Of a stretch of 64,000 bases of DNA, positions 1-10,355 are shown piece after piece; positions within the stretch are counted from its first letter, which is position 1, and each line of letters opens with the position of its first letter. Below the pieces are notes generated by a model. That model was not told the origin of the DNA. It ran no database searches and worked only from the letters and a program-made list of their open reading frames with translations. A program made the position numbers and the translations under genes. Source of the stretch: Candidatus Bathyarchaeia archaeon (GTDB lineage: Archaea > Thermoproteota > Bathyarchaeia > Bathyarchaeales > DTEX01). The stretch lies in contig JAWAXF010000001.1 of the NCBI GenBank assembly GCA_038897035.1, positions 27,895 to 91,894 on the forward strand, in the 5' to 3' direction.

Positions 1-21
1 CGAGACTCTGGAGGAGACGCT

Positions 22-579
22 GTGATAGAGGCCGAGGTTCTAGGCAAGTGCCTTATTGTTGAGGGCTTTAGGGGTGTTAAAATCGATATCATAGATAGAG
101 TTATCAATATAATTAGAGCTAATTCCGGAGGTTGCTATGTCCAGATTTTAGATGCAGATTATATAGCTGGCTTTGAGCACATATTCTTTGCTGTCCTAAA
201 CGCGCTTAAGACCTTTAAGGCCGGCTATAATATATCAAGGAGTATACCAATGGAAATTCTACTCTTCGCCTCTGGGCAGGATCAGATTAAGAGGGCCATT
301 GAGGTTCTCGGGGTTAAGGAGACAACTCGTAATGTCGTCCTTGTAATCGTTGCCAGGAAGCGCAATGAGGCCCTCTCAGCGCTCGGTTCTATTGTAAAAG
401 CCTTGGGGTGGGAGGCTGATCAAGGCGTGATTGAAGTATCCAATGAAAAGGTCCAGCGAATAATAGGCGCGTTTAAGATTTCACCTGCAGAGCTAGAAGC
501 TTCTACGAGGGGCTCTCCAGAGGAAGCCATAAAGAACGTTCTTATCGAGAGGGCTGCACTACTAGTAGCACAGCGTTAG
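22..579 (+). CDS. cgi121: KEOPS complex subunit Cgi121
   Basis: Motifs HIFFAVLNA, EILLFASGQDQIKRAIEVLG and C-terminal LIERAALL. Confidence 0.85.
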   Translation: MIEAEVLGKCLIVEGFRGVKIDIIDRVINIIRANSGGCYVQILDADYIAGFEHIFFAVLNALKTFKAGYNISRSIPMEILLFASGQDQIKRAIEVLGVKETTRNVVLVIVARKRNEALSALGSIVKALGWEADQGVIEVSNEKVQRIIGAFKISPAELEASTRGSPEEAIKNVLIERAALLVAQR

Positions 580-586
580 GATATCT

Positions 587-1114
587 TCATTGGAGCTTCT
601 CTTTTACTACCGATAGTATGTCTGTTGGCCTTATAACAGAAACCCCTGTCAGCCTTCCAAGGACTTCTATAAGGATTATTTTGTCTGGATTATTTAGGTC
701 TACCTTACGGTTTAGATTCTCCACAGCCGCCTCTATTATCTCTCTGCTTGAGATCTCTGAGTGCCTCTTCTCGATGGTGACTCGGAATGTTTCATTCTCC
801 TGAACCTTGTGGTGTAGGCTCGCTGCGGCCCTCTTAATTTCATCTATCCTAGTCCTCACAACAACCTCGATTGGAATAACCTTTAGGACGTAGCGGAATT
901 CCCAAGGTCTCTCCCTAAGGATCTCCCTTAAACCCTCTATAATCTTAAATGGGTCAAGCCTAGTCTTGGCCACAACTAGGCCGGCCACCTCGGTCTTATC
1001 CACTAGCGCCTCCCTATCGCCCAGCTCGCCGAGAAGAAACCAAATTTCAGAACAGGCATTATTTTCATTACCCTTAAATGTAGAGATAAGGAGGTTAAAA
1101 TCCTCCATCACCAT
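587..1114 (-). CDS. Stand-alone THUMP domain RNA-binding protein (Tan1-like)
   Basis: TFRVTIEKRH...KVDLNNPDKIILIEVLG THUMP signature; start moved to ATG 1114 after a GGAGG SD. Confidence 0.85.
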   Translation of the reverse strand: MVMEDFNLLISTFKGNENNACSEIWFLLGELGDREALVDKTEVAGLVVAKTRLDPFKIIEGLREILRERPWEFRYVLKVIPIEVVVRTRIDEIKRAAASLHHKVQENETFRVTIEKRHSEISSREIIEAAVENLNRKVDLNNPDKIILIEVLGRLTGVSVIRPTDILSVVKEKLQ

Positions 1115-1193
1115 CAGCAATCCTCCAAATCCATAATTATGAGACAATATGATATATCCTTAGCGAATATAAACGTGGTTCACAAAATTGGTG

Positions 1194-1280
1194 ATTTTTG
1201 GTCAGCGGAGGTTAGTTTAAGGCTTCATTGCCCATTCATCGAATAGGCTCCTTGCCGTCACCACACATCATCCCAAAAAT
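1194..1280 (-). ncRNA. Probable box C/D guide sRNA
   Basis: Minus strand: ATTTTTGG-G-ATGATGT (C)...AGGA (D')-hairpin GCCTATTC/GAATGGGC-A-ATGAAGC (C')...CTGA (D)-CCAAAAAT; 8-bp terminal stem and K-turn geometry at both motif pairs. Confidence 0.65.
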
Positions 1281-1342
1281 AAATGAATAATAGTCAATTA
1301 TTTATCCGTAACCGTTATTTATGGTTATGTTAGGGTGCTTGG

Positions 1343-1921
1343 ATGTCACTGGACGTGTATCTGAGGAGAAGGAATTTCAGTAGAACCACAGAACCACGCT
1401 GTGATATTCAGGTCGGAGAGAGATCTCATAATGGTGAGAGAATTTATATCATCCAGAAGCACGCTGCCAGCCATCTTCACTATGATCTTAGGCTTGAGAA
1501 GGATGGCGTCTTAAAGAGCTGGGCTATACCTAAGGAGCCGCCGACAATCAAGGGCATTAAGCGCCTAGCCATTCAGACAGAAGACCACCCAATAGAGTAC
1601 GCGAACTTTGAGGGGGTTATCCCGAAGGGGGAGTATGGCGCTGGGAAGGTTGAGATATGGGATAGAGGAACATTTAATGTTGAAGAGTGGGGCGACGAGA
1701 AAATAATTATTCACATACATGGCGAGAAACTTAAGGGTAGATACTGCCTAATAAGGTTCAAGAAGCAGGAAAACAGCTGGCTCCTTCTTCAAAACCTAGC
1801 TCTTCCTAAAGGATCTATAAACAAAGAAGATAGACTTACCTGGGTGCTAGGTGGCAAGTTAAGTATAATGATGACGAGATCAAATGTTAATGAGACAGGA
1901 GATGAATGTTTTGGAGTTTGA
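1343..1921 (+). CDS. Stand-alone LigD 3'-phosphoesterase (PE) domain protein; C-terminus probably frameshifted (natural stop about 1799)
   Basis: [46 protein letters not shown] motifs. Confidence 0.88.
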   Translation: MSLDVYLRRRNFSRTTEPRCDIQVGERSHNGERIYIIQKHAASHLHYDLRLEKDGVLKSWAIPKEPPTIKGIKRLAIQTEDHPIEYANFEGVIPKGEYGAGKVEIWDRGTFNVEEWGDEKIIIHIHGEKLKGRYCLIRFKKQENSWLLLQNLALPKGSINKEDRLTWVLGGKLSIMMTRSNVNETGDECFGV

Positions 1922-3848
1922 GGTCATTTTCCAGCCGGAGGGGAAACGTGTAAAGTGCCCTTCAGGCGTGACTGTTCTTGAGGCGGCAAGGGCTGTTAGT
2001 GTAGACATAACAGCAGTCTGTGGGGGGCTTGGTAAGTGTGGGAAGTGCCGGGTGATAATTGAGACCGGGAAGGAAGACCTAAATCCAATAACGGAGACCG
2101 AACGCGATCTCCTCTCTGAGGCAGAGCTATCTACGGGTTATAGGCTTGCATGCCAAGTTCTCGTAAGAAAGAATTTAGTTGTTAGGGTACCGGAAAGGAG
2201 CCGTACGGGTAGGCAGAGGCTACTGATAGAGGGCGTAGAGGCCCCAGTTAAACTTGAGCCCTATCTCAGAAAGTATTTTGTTGAGTTGCCTAGACCAGGC
2301 CTATCAGATTTAAGGTCGGATGCTGAAAGGCTTCTGGATGCCTTAAGGATAAAGTACGGTCTAGAAGATTTAGTAATTGAGCCCTTTGTTCTCCAAGGCC
2401 TCCCCTCAGCTTTAAGAGAGACTGATTGGAAGGCTACTGTAACCATATGGGGTGATAGGTTCATAATCGATGTTGAGCCGGGCGACACTACTAATAGGCT
2501 TTTCGGATGCGCCATCGATATAGGTACAACCAAGATTGCTGGGTACCTGCTTGACTTGAATAGTGGGATGGTTTTGGCGGTAGACTCTCTGATTAACCCG
2601 CAAGTGGCCTATGGCGAGGACGTGATATCAAGAATAGCCTACGCATCTAAGGGCGCTAAGGAGCTTAGGGATCTTCAAGGATCTGTGGTTGAGGGCATCA
2701 ACAGGATCCTAACGAGTCTGATGGATAAGACTGGTGTGGATTCAAGTGAGATATATGAGATAACCATCGTGGGCAATACTGCAATGCACCACATATTCTT
2801 TGGAGTAAATCCGAAGTACGTGGCCCTAGCGCCGTATCCACCAGTTGTGAGGAGTAGCATTGACGTGAAGGCGAGGGATATTGGCTTAGGAATTAACCCG
2901 AATGGTAATATTCACGCGCTGCCAGTAATAGGCGGCTTCGTCGGCGCCGATGCCATCGCAGTTATGCTCGCGACTAAACTGTATGAGAGGGATGAGGTAT
3001 GCATGGCCCTGGATATAGGGACAAATACTGAGGTTATTCTGGGGAACAAGGATTTAGTGATGGTTACATCATGTGCCTCAGGGCCAGCCTTCGAGGGCGC
3101 GCATATAAAGCATGGCATGAGGGCTGCTACGGGAGCCATTGAGAGTATTAGGATAGATCCAGAAACCCTTGAGGTTAGATATAAGGTTATAGATGATGCT
3201 AAGCCCTGTGGGATATGTGGTTCAGCAATAGTTGACGCCGTCGCTGAGATGCTTAAGGCCGGGGTGATCGATACCTTCGGAGCATTTAATAGGGAGGCTA
3301 AGTCGCCTAGGCTAAGGCTATCTGAGGATGGGTGGGAGTTTGTTATAGCCTGGGGTAGTGAGACGGCCACCGGCAAGGATATCGTGGTCACCCAAAGGGA
3401 TATTAGGGAGATTCAGCTGGCCAAAGCTGCAATACATGCTGGCTGCATGATACTAATGCGTAAAATGAAACTCAAAGAGTCTGAAATAAGCTCTCTTTTC
3501 CTGGCAGGGGCGTTCGGCACATACATAAATCCTGAAAGCGCTAGGATAATAGGCATGTACCCAGAAATCCCTTTAAGTAGGGTTCATGCGGTAGGCAATG
3601 CCGCCGGAACCGGTGCGAGGATATGCCTGGTCTCCAAGTCGATGAGAAAGAAGGCCGAGGAAATACATAAGATTATTAAATATGTTGAGCTCGCCGCCGA
3701 GCCGAACTTCCAATCAGAATTCTTAAACTCGTACTTCCTACCATATACTGACCTCTCAAAATACCCGGAAACCATCGGCATGCTCAAGAAGCTTGGCAGA
3801 AATGTTAGGGAGCCACCGCTAATGTTTGGTTCTGGGAAAGAACAATAA
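1902..3848 (+). CDS. Reductive activator of corrinoid proteins (RACo/AcsV-like; 2Fe-2S ferredoxin plus ASKHA ATPase)
   Basis: [10 protein letters not shown] 2Fe-2S motif; [27 protein letters not shown] motifs; start may be TTG 1911. Confidence 0.9.
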   Translation: MNVLEFEVIFQPEGKRVKCPSGVTVLEAARAVSVDITAVCGGLGKCGKCRVIIETGKEDLNPITETERDLLSEAELSTGYRLACQVLVRKNLVVRVPERSRTGRQRLLIEGVEAPVKLEPYLRKYFVELPRPGLSDLRSDAERLLDALRIKYGLEDLVIEPFVLQGLPSALRETDWKATVTIWGDRFIIDVEPGDTTNRLFGCAIDIGTTKIAGYLLDLNSGMVLAVDSLINPQVAYGEDVISRIAYASKGAKELRDLQGSVVEGINRILTSLMDKTGVDSSEIYEITIVGNTAMHHIFFGVNPKYVALAPYPPVVRSSIDVKARDIGLGINPNGNIHALPVIGGFVGADAIAVMLATKLYERDEVCMALDIGTNTEVILGNKDLVMVTSCASGPAFEGAHIKHGMRAATGAIESIRIDPETLEVRYKVIDDAKPCGICGSAIVDAVAEMLKAGVIDTFGAFNREAKSPRLRLSEDGWEFVIAWGSETATGKDIVVTQRDIREIQLAKAAIHAGCMILMRKMKLKESEISSLFLAGAFGTYINPESARIIGMYPEIPLSRVHAVGNAAGTGARICLVSKSMRKKAEEIHKIIKYVELAAEPNFQSEFLNSYFLPYTDLSKYPETIGMLKKLGRNVREPPLMFGSGKEQ

Positions 3849-3856
3849 AATACCTT

Positions 3857-5353
3857 TTAATTGGAGGAATATTCCCTCCTAAAACGCTCAAACATCTCGT
3901 CTCTCAGTCTTCTTAGTTTCTCGCTTATCCTCACTGGATATGTCTCGCTATTCCTAATACGCTTATATTTATCCGGTAGGGCGGCTAGCTGTTCAGCGCA
4001 GTACCTTCTTATCTCCTTTAGGCTTGGGAAGTCGTAGGCTATCTCGCCCTTAATCATTATTGGTACCAGAAGGGGCTTCGCTCCCTCAACCTCTTCATCC
4101 CATAGGGTTATGATATCTTCCACAAACTGTCCATTCTCAATCCTCCTCCAAACCTGCTTCTTGCCGGGCAGAGTAGCCTTGCTCAAGCTGCTCGTGAACT
4201 TTGTCACCGGAATCATTCTGCCAGTTTCGTCGCTTGTCTCAGCGATCTTAAATATGCCGTCCAGGGCTGAGACGCCGCCCTCCTTCGTTAAGGAGTCATA
4301 GTTTGCACCAGTTACAAGCTTTGTCCCGACACCGAAACCGTCTATCGGCGCGCCGTTGGCCAGAGCATGCTCTATGACAAACTCGTCTAGGCGGTCGCTT
4401 GCAAAAATCTTAGTATCGGTTAGCCCAGCCTCATCGAGCATCTTACGCGCAATCTTACTCAGCTCAACGGGGTCTCCACTATCGAGCCTTATTCCAGCTA
4501 GCCTATAGCCCCTCTTTTTCAGCTCTAAGCCCACCTTTATGGCGTTCTCAATGCCCTTGATAGTATCGTACGTGTCCACTAGTAAAACAGTATTATGTGG
4601 GAAGCTCTCGGCGTACTCCATAAATGCCTTTAACTCGGTTTCTTTAAATGACCTCATCTCCCTATACCGCTCCTCAATAAATTTGTGGGGTATCGTTCCG
4701 ACAAAGGGTATGCCCCACTTCATGGCGGCTATGACGAGAGATGTCCCATCAAACCCACCTATATAGGCGGCCCTAGCGGCTAAGATAGCGGCATCCCTTC
4801 CATGGGCCCTCCTAGCGCCGAAGTCGACGACGGTTTTAGGTGAATAGAGTATATTCTTACCCTTAGCGACGCAAACTATCCTAGAAGCCTTTGTAGCAAC
4901 CATACTCTCAAAGTTTATGAGGTTAAGTAAGTACGTTTCAAGTAACTGGACGTCTATGGATGGCCCAGTAATATTTATCACCGGCTCATTCGGAAATACC
5001 GGCGTCCCCTCTGGAACCGCGTAGATGTCGCCCTTAAACCTGAAGTTCTCCAAGTAGTCGAGGAACTCTTTAGTTAAGTCCTTGCCAGCAACCTTTTCAA
5101 GCCACTCACGGCACTTCCTACTTAGGCCCCTATTTAGAATCTGAATGTAGGCAATAAACTGTTCTAAGCCTGCGGCGATAATATATGAGCCCAAATGTCT
5201 CGGGATCTCTCTAAAGAAGTAAGTTTCAGTAATGATGTTATTCACGCCATGATCGAAATTACATTTCCCGGAAGTTAGCTCATAGTAATCCATAAAGAGG
5301 AAGAGGTCTTCCTCAGATAAAAGTCCGATTTCAAGTCTCTTTCTTTCACCCAC
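3857..5353 (-). CDS. pncB: Nicotinate phosphoribosyltransferase
   Basis: DYYELT, DFGARRAHG, LVDTYD, IRLDSGD, GFGVGT motifs. Confidence 0.92.
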   Translation of the reverse strand: MGERKRLEIGLLSEEDLFLFMDYYELTSGKCNFDHGVNNIITETYFFREIPRHLGSYIIAAGLEQFIAYIQILNRGLSRKCREWLEKVAGKDLTKEFLDYLENFRFKGDIYAVPEGTPVFPNEPVINITGPSIDVQLLETYLLNLINFESMVATKASRIVCVAKGKNILYSPKTVVDFGARRAHGRDAAILAARAAYIGGFDGTSLVIAAMKWGIPFVGTIPHKFIEERYREMRSFKETELKAFMEYAESFPHNTVLLVDTYDTIKGIENAIKVGLELKKRGYRLAGIRLDSGDPVELSKIARKMLDEAGLTDTKIFASDRLDEFVIEHALANGAPIDGFGVGTKLVTGANYDSLTKEGGVSALDGIFKIAETSDETGRMIPVTKFTSSLSKATLPGKKQVWRRIENGQFVEDIITLWDEEVEGAKPLLVPIMIKGEIAYDFPSLKEIRRYCAEQLAALPDKYKRIRNSETYPVRISEKLRRLRDEMFERFRREYSSN

Positions 5354-5542
5354 CTCTAGTCCTCCCTTGCCTTTAATGTCATGAAAATATCATGAGAGAA
5401 CAGAAAGAAATATTTAACCTAATCTGTAAATGTTTTATAAATTTTTCATAAGAATGAAATTAAGGATTCTCTAAAAGGGCAATTAATAGTGCCTTTTTGT
5501 CCGATAACGATATTATTGCCGTGCAATAAGGTTATAGTGAGG

Positions 5543-6643
5543 ATGAGCTCTAATAAGCTCGATTTTAGCGGGGTCTCAATTATAATTAAGACGTTGAGGG
5601 GCTATGAAAATGTAGTAGCACAAATCCTAAAGGAGACTTTTCCGGAAATTGATGCCCTGGCCAGACCGCTGAACTTTTCTGGTCTTGTCCTGGCTAGAGG
5701 TAATGTTTCGGCGGAGGATTTAGCCAAGGAGATTAAGTTGAGGGTTCCCGAGGTGGAGAGGGTGTTGCCAGTAAAATGTTATGTGCTGGCCGATGTGGAC
5801 GCTATAGCCGATGCAGCCAAAAGGGTCGTAGATGAATTGGCTAGCGCGAGGTCCTTTGCAGTAAGCACTGTTAGGAGGGGGCGCCATAGCTTCACAAGTA
5901 TAGATGTTAACGTGAGAGTTGGAGCCGTGATAAAGGAGGGTTCTGGCCTCCCGGTCAACCTAGATTTCCCAGACAAAGTTGTCTTCGTTGAGATCATAGG
6001 CCCCCACGCATATCTGGGGGTAGTTGATGGCGGCGAGTTCCCTAAGAAGATGAGGCCTGGGAAGTTTCAGGTTAGAGAATATTTTAGGAAGGTTTCAGTG
6101 GTCCAAATGCCTTATCTCGGCGGATTAGAGGTTTCCCATGAGATGGGCGTGAGGATTGGCCGGGAGACCCAGACATTCGAGGCTGGCGAGCTCGTTATAG
6201 CGCCAATAGGGTCCGTTAGAGCAAATGAATTAGCTGCTTTTCTTAAAGGGGTCTTTGAGGGAATCGAGTCCAGATACCAGATCCAGGCTAAGAGCTACGC
6301 GCATAAGCCCCACAAAACTGAGGTCTATGTCCAAAACCTCTACGAGCTTGTCAGGGAGAGGGCAAAAGAGCCTATAATAGTTTTTGAGCCGGAGGGCGAG
6401 CCAATTAGCTCGGTTTCAGATAAGCTTGCGGACCTGGTGATTGAGAACAGAAGAACGAATTTCCTCATAGGTTCTAGGGAGGGCATACCGCTGGGAATAT
6501 TTCGCTTCGCAAACCTCGTAGTAGACCTATGCCCCGGAGTAACAATAGCAACTGATCTGGCGGCAGCATCAGCCTTAATGGCGTTAGCATTCGCTGTCCA
6601 TAAAAAATTGAATAAAAATTTTGATACCTTTTATAGGCATTAG
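5543..6643 (+). CDS. THUMP plus SPOUT-fold putative RNA methyltransferase
   Basis: N-terminal THUMP (SFAVSTVRRG, VNLDFPDKVVFVEI); C-terminal SPOUT knot (FEPEGE, FLIGSREGIP, VDLCPG). Confidence 0.8.
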   Translation: MSSNKLDFSGVSIIIKTLRGYENVVAQILKETFPEIDALARPLNFSGLVLARGNVSAEDLAKEIKLRVPEVERVLPVKCYVLADVDAIADAAKRVVDELASARSFAVSTVRRGRHSFTSIDVNVRVGAVIKEGSGLPVNLDFPDKVVFVEIIGPHAYLGVVDGGEFPKKMRPGKFQVREYFRKVSVVQMPYLGGLEVSHEMGVRIGRETQTFEAGELVIAPIGSVRANELAAFLKGVFEGIESRYQIQAKSYAHKPHKTEVYVQNLYELVRERAKEPIIVFEPEGEPISSVSDKLADLVIENRRTNFLIGSREGIPLGIFRFANLVVDLCPGVTIATDLAAASALMALAFAVHKKLNKNFDTFYRH

Positions 6644-6696
6644 TCAAATTTAAGGTTCCCGTCAATTTAACTAGAATTTTAAAGAAACCTGTAACA

Positions 6697-7620
6697 CTAT
6701 TTAAGGCTAACTTTTAGGAACTTATTACACTTTGTAAACCTTGCATAATATTCCGCGTAGGGGTTCGCCACCCGTGGGGGGTCGTATGGCCCGCCGCCAA
6801 GTAACATGTTCACATTTGAATCTCTAAATCCGTATTCCGTTGGCGCTTTTTCCGGGAACCACCACCCATACTGGGCTCCCACAACTTTTGGGTGAATCTT
6901 ATCGGTTAAGCGTGCTCTTTGCTTAATCTTCCCTCTTCGTGTTTCTATCCAACCCAACCCCCATCTTTTATCCCAAGATCTTTCGCAGTTAGCGTGTTTA
7001 TTTCTACAATTGGGTCTGGATTAAGTTTTCTTAACGACCCAATTTGTCTTCCTCCAGATGTAAAGAAGGGTTCAACTCTTAATCCAATAATTAATATTGC
7101 GGATATTCTCTTGCAAGTTCTGGATCTAAATACTCGGAGGGTATTTTGGCGTGGGGTAACGGATCAAAACCTAATGACTTAATTAACGTGCTGTAAAACT
7201 CAAACTTTTTAGAGGGCGTGTTAAATCCGATCTGTTCATATTTTCTATATCGCATTTCGCCCTTCAAAATGCCTATATTCTTGAACTGATCAAAATTAAT
7301 TCCTGCATCTTTCAATAACCAATCCTTCCAAGGAAAGTCTTTTTCTAATTCGAGTTTCTTAGCAAGTTGGATTAAGATCTCTTTGTCATCCCAGCATTCT
7401 CCAACTTGAGTGACTTTCTGGCGGAGAGTATAGCACCAAAAGAAGTGAATGTCGGCAATATCATCCGTTTCTAACCAGCTTGCCGCTGGAGGGACTATAT
7501 CTGCTTGCTGTGCAGTCGGCGTCATAAACATGTCGACAACTACTGAAAAATCAACTTTTTCAAAGCTCGCATAACTTTTTAGGGATTTGTGTGAGTTATT
7601 AGTGGGTTGCTTCCCATGAT
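6697..7620 (-). pseudogene. Decayed molybdo/tungsto-bisPGD oxidoreductase (acetylene hydratase-like), C-terminal half only
   Basis: VVDMFMTPTAQQADIV.PAASWLE, GFNTPSKKFEFYS, IETRRGKIKQRA, YGWWFPE, SNVNML fragments spread over several frames; N-terminus absent; AT-rich. Confidence 0.8.
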
Positions 7621-7802
7621 AAGTAAAGCCTACCAAGATAAGGTACGCAGGTTGCCGTCGGGCATCTTTAATAAAATGTTTGCTAAAATGAAGATTGGGC
7701 GTATAAATGACCTCATTTATGGTAGACCTAAGTCGAGGTTTAAATAAAAATGCAAAAAGCAAAGAATATGATAAATTATTATCTTCAATTATTATCTTCT
7801 AT

Positions 7803-8930
7803 TCACCCTTTTATGGATGGCGGCTTCTGCCCTCTTAATCTCTTTTTCCTAGATGTAGCTATTCTTTTAATCGCACTTGCTATCTCGTCATATAATGCTG
7901 GAAGATCCCACCCACCTGTAGTATAAGTGAAGTTCTCTTTAGCAGTCCTTATATTAACATTAACCTCGTAGCGCCTTCTCTGGCCTTCTATAGATGATGT
8001 CTTAATTATGCTTCTGGCCTCTAATATCGATGGAAGAAATTTACTCAAGCTATTAACTAGCCTGGTAAACTTTGTTTTCGCAGCTTCTGCCTCAAAGGGG
8101 TCATCTGGCAGCCCAACAATATATACTGGGGCGCTGGTTTCCTCCTTAGCAGCTATTAGCTTCGTGAAGTCCCTATAGGTTACTATTCCATGCAGTTCCT
8201 CTCCAAGGGTCACAAGCGAGTAGGAGCGGCCCTCGGTGAGCATCCTCTCAGCAATGCCCCTTATTGGTGTCTGCGGCTCACACTCAAGCGGGTACGCCTC
8301 CATCATGGTCTCGGCCTGATAATCCAGTAGCCTAAGCGTATCCGGCACACCGGAAACGTACCTCTCTCCCCCATAATCCGTGATTAAGTTGAAAACTATG
8401 TGCTCAGAGGTTAATACGCCGCGGATCTTCCTATCCTCCTTAACTGGCAGGTGATCTATCCTCCTTCTGAGCATTATCTCCCTAGCCTTAGACACCTTCT
8501 CACCTGGGGCTATTGTTACCGTGTGGGGCGTCATGATCTTTGAGACGTTTATATTCCCTAGGGCGCTATTCTTAATTTCTTTAACCAAAGCCTTAACATC
8601 GATTTTACCAATTATTATGTTGTCCTGGACTATTGGGAGGGCCCTTAGTTTATAATCCGCCATTATGCGGGCTGCCTCAAAGAGCCTTATGTGGGGCGGC
8701 AGCTTGGGAACGAAGTTTAAGAGGTTTTCAATCTTCATGGCAGCTGGATTCTTAGCCTTTAAAATGTCCCTTACGGTTGCCGTTCCAACCTTACTGCCAA
8801 CCCAAGTAAATACCTCGTATGCCTCCTCCTCTCTCATCAAGCCAATAACCTTTGAAACCAGCGTGGAGGGCTCAACAACAATGCACTCTGAAATGAGATC
8901 TTTAACAAATACGTCCCTTCGGGAGACCAA
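7803..8930 (-). CDS. Four-CBS-domain protein with C-terminal HPF/RaiA-like domain (candidate archaeal ribosome hibernation factor)
   Basis: CBS repeats (LRALPIV, KIMTPH, RIDHLPV, GIVTYRD); C-terminal RYEVNVNI...GWDLPALYDEIASAIKR resembles the HPF fold. Confidence 0.75.
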   Translation of the reverse strand: MVSRRDVFVKDLISECIVVEPSTLVSKVIGLMREEEAYEVFTWVGSKVGTATVRDILKAKNPAAMKIENLLNFVPKLPPHIRLFEAARIMADYKLRALPIVQDNIIIGKIDVKALVKEIKNSALGNINVSKIMTPHTVTIAPGEKVSKAREIMLRRRIDHLPVKEDRKIRGVLTSEHIVFNLITDYGGERYVSGVPDTLRLLDYQAETMMEAYPLECEPQTPIRGIAERMLTEGRSYSLVTLGEELHGIVTYRDFTKLIAAKEETSAPVYIVGLPDDPFEAEAAKTKFTRLVNSLSKFLPSILEARSIIKTSSIEGQRRRYEVNVNIRTAKENFTYTTGGWDLPALYDEIASAIKRIATSRKKRLRGQKPPSIKG

Positions 8931-9037
8931 ATCGACCCCACAGAAAAGTTATATGCCAAAGTTCCCTATTATAACTAATGGATTTTCCGGAATTTTATGA
9001 TTGCGATTAATGTGCTGTGAGAGAAGAGAAACACCCT

Positions 9038-10144
9038 TTATTCCTTACCTAGGTTTACCTCTAATCCAAGCATCTTATTCAGCAGTTTCGGTTTCCGCTT
9101 AAAGTACTCTCTTACCGGCTCGAGGATCTTTATGAGGGCCTCAGCTACACCGTTCTTTAAGTCGAGTGGATGTATCTCGCCGCAGAGATAGGCATCCCGG
9201 AGATCCTCGTACTTCTCAAATGTTACTGGCCCGCCGTATTTAGATGGTCTAGGGATATCTATATAACCCATCTCAGGAAAAACTATGTACTTCGCGTGTT
9301 CGAGTATCGGGTTATCCTCATCTTGCCTGGGCGGGCAGTATGCCGCCTTAATCTTCGCCCTAATATCCTCCGGGGGGTCATGGATGAAGATGCAGCTCTC
9401 AGGCTTGCTTTTAGACATTTTTATGCTTATCTTGCGGCTGAGCTTTGCATCCTCATCAAACCTTATTTCCTGTTGCTCGGGGGGGATTTGAGGCTTTAAG
9501 CCGGATAACAATGGCGTGTGGAGGCATATGGGTTTCTTCCAGCCCATTTTCTCAGCAACGTCTCTGGCAAGCATGTGTGCTTTCCTCTGGTCTATGCCCC
9601 CGCAGGCCATGTCCAGCTTTAGGTGGAATATGTCCGCTGCCTGCATGCATGGATAAAATATCCATGCTGTCTCAATATCCGCTACATCTAACTCGCGACC
9701 CATTATAGTAAGAGCTCTCCTGATCCTTAGGAGGGAAGCGCTCTTCGCTATCCTAATAACCTTCTCCCAATAATCCACATCCTTGGCTATGTCTGAGGCC
9801 CAGACAAAACTTATATTGCCAGCTGATGTTACTCCAAGGGCCTCGAAACACTGTTTAAAATACTCTCCGCACAACCGTATATTCTCCATTGCGCCGCCAA
9901 GTTTATTATTTATCCAGCTGTGCCAGTCCGCAAGGAATATTATGAAGTCGAAGCCCGCCCTGGCAATATCCTTAATCTTTGATCCGCATACAAGCCCCAT
10001 GCCAATATGCATTAGACCGGAGCATTCAAAGCCCCAGTAAGTCTTGGGCCTCGCCTCGCTCTCCAAGAGACTGCGCAGTTCATTGATGGTAACTATCTCC
10101 TCAGTGTTCCGGGCTATTAGGTTCATTCGCTCCTCGAGATCCAA
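9038..10144 (-). CDS. tyrS: Tyrosine--tRNA ligase
   Basis: YWGFECSGLMHIG, YPCMQAADIF, GGIDQRKAH, KMSKS; TTG start after a GGGGGT SD. Confidence 0.95.
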   Translation of the reverse strand: MDLEERMNLIARNTEEIVTINELRSLLESEARPKTYWGFECSGLMHIGMGLVCGSKIKDIARAGFDFIIFLADWHSWINNKLGGAMENIRLCGEYFKQCFEALGVTSAGNISFVWASDIAKDVDYWEKVIRIAKSASLLRIRRALTIMGRELDVADIETAWIFYPCMQAADIFHLKLDMACGGIDQRKAHMLARDVAEKMGWKKPICLHTPLLSGLKPQIPPEQQEIRFDEDAKLSRKISIKMSKSKPESCIFIHDPPEDIRAKIKAAYCPPRQDEDNPILEHAKYIVFPEMGYIDIPRPSKYGGPVTFEKYEDLRDAYLCGEIHPLDLKNGVAEALIKILEPVREYFKRKPKLLNKMLGLEVNLGKE

Positions 10145-10355
10145 ACGCTGACCCCCAAGCAGCATCATTTAACAGCTACTTAAAGGCTTATTTATAAAGG
10201 TTCAAAAAAGATGGGTTATTATTAAGCATGGGCTTAGAGAAATTGGACATAAAGTCATAATTCCCCTTAACCTTTCGGGAATGGAATTGAATAGTTTGCT
10301 GGGAGCAATGCTAAAAGGGAAGTTTTGTTATTTCTTGTTGAGAGGGTAACGTGAC

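Noticed and set aside
4830-4865. Short insertion (KNILYSP) with a GAATA/TATTC hairpin in pncB as a possible in-frame intron
   Set aside because: The bulge is 2 nt or the central helix is mismatched, the stem is weak, and the ORF is open; it is more likely a protein loop.
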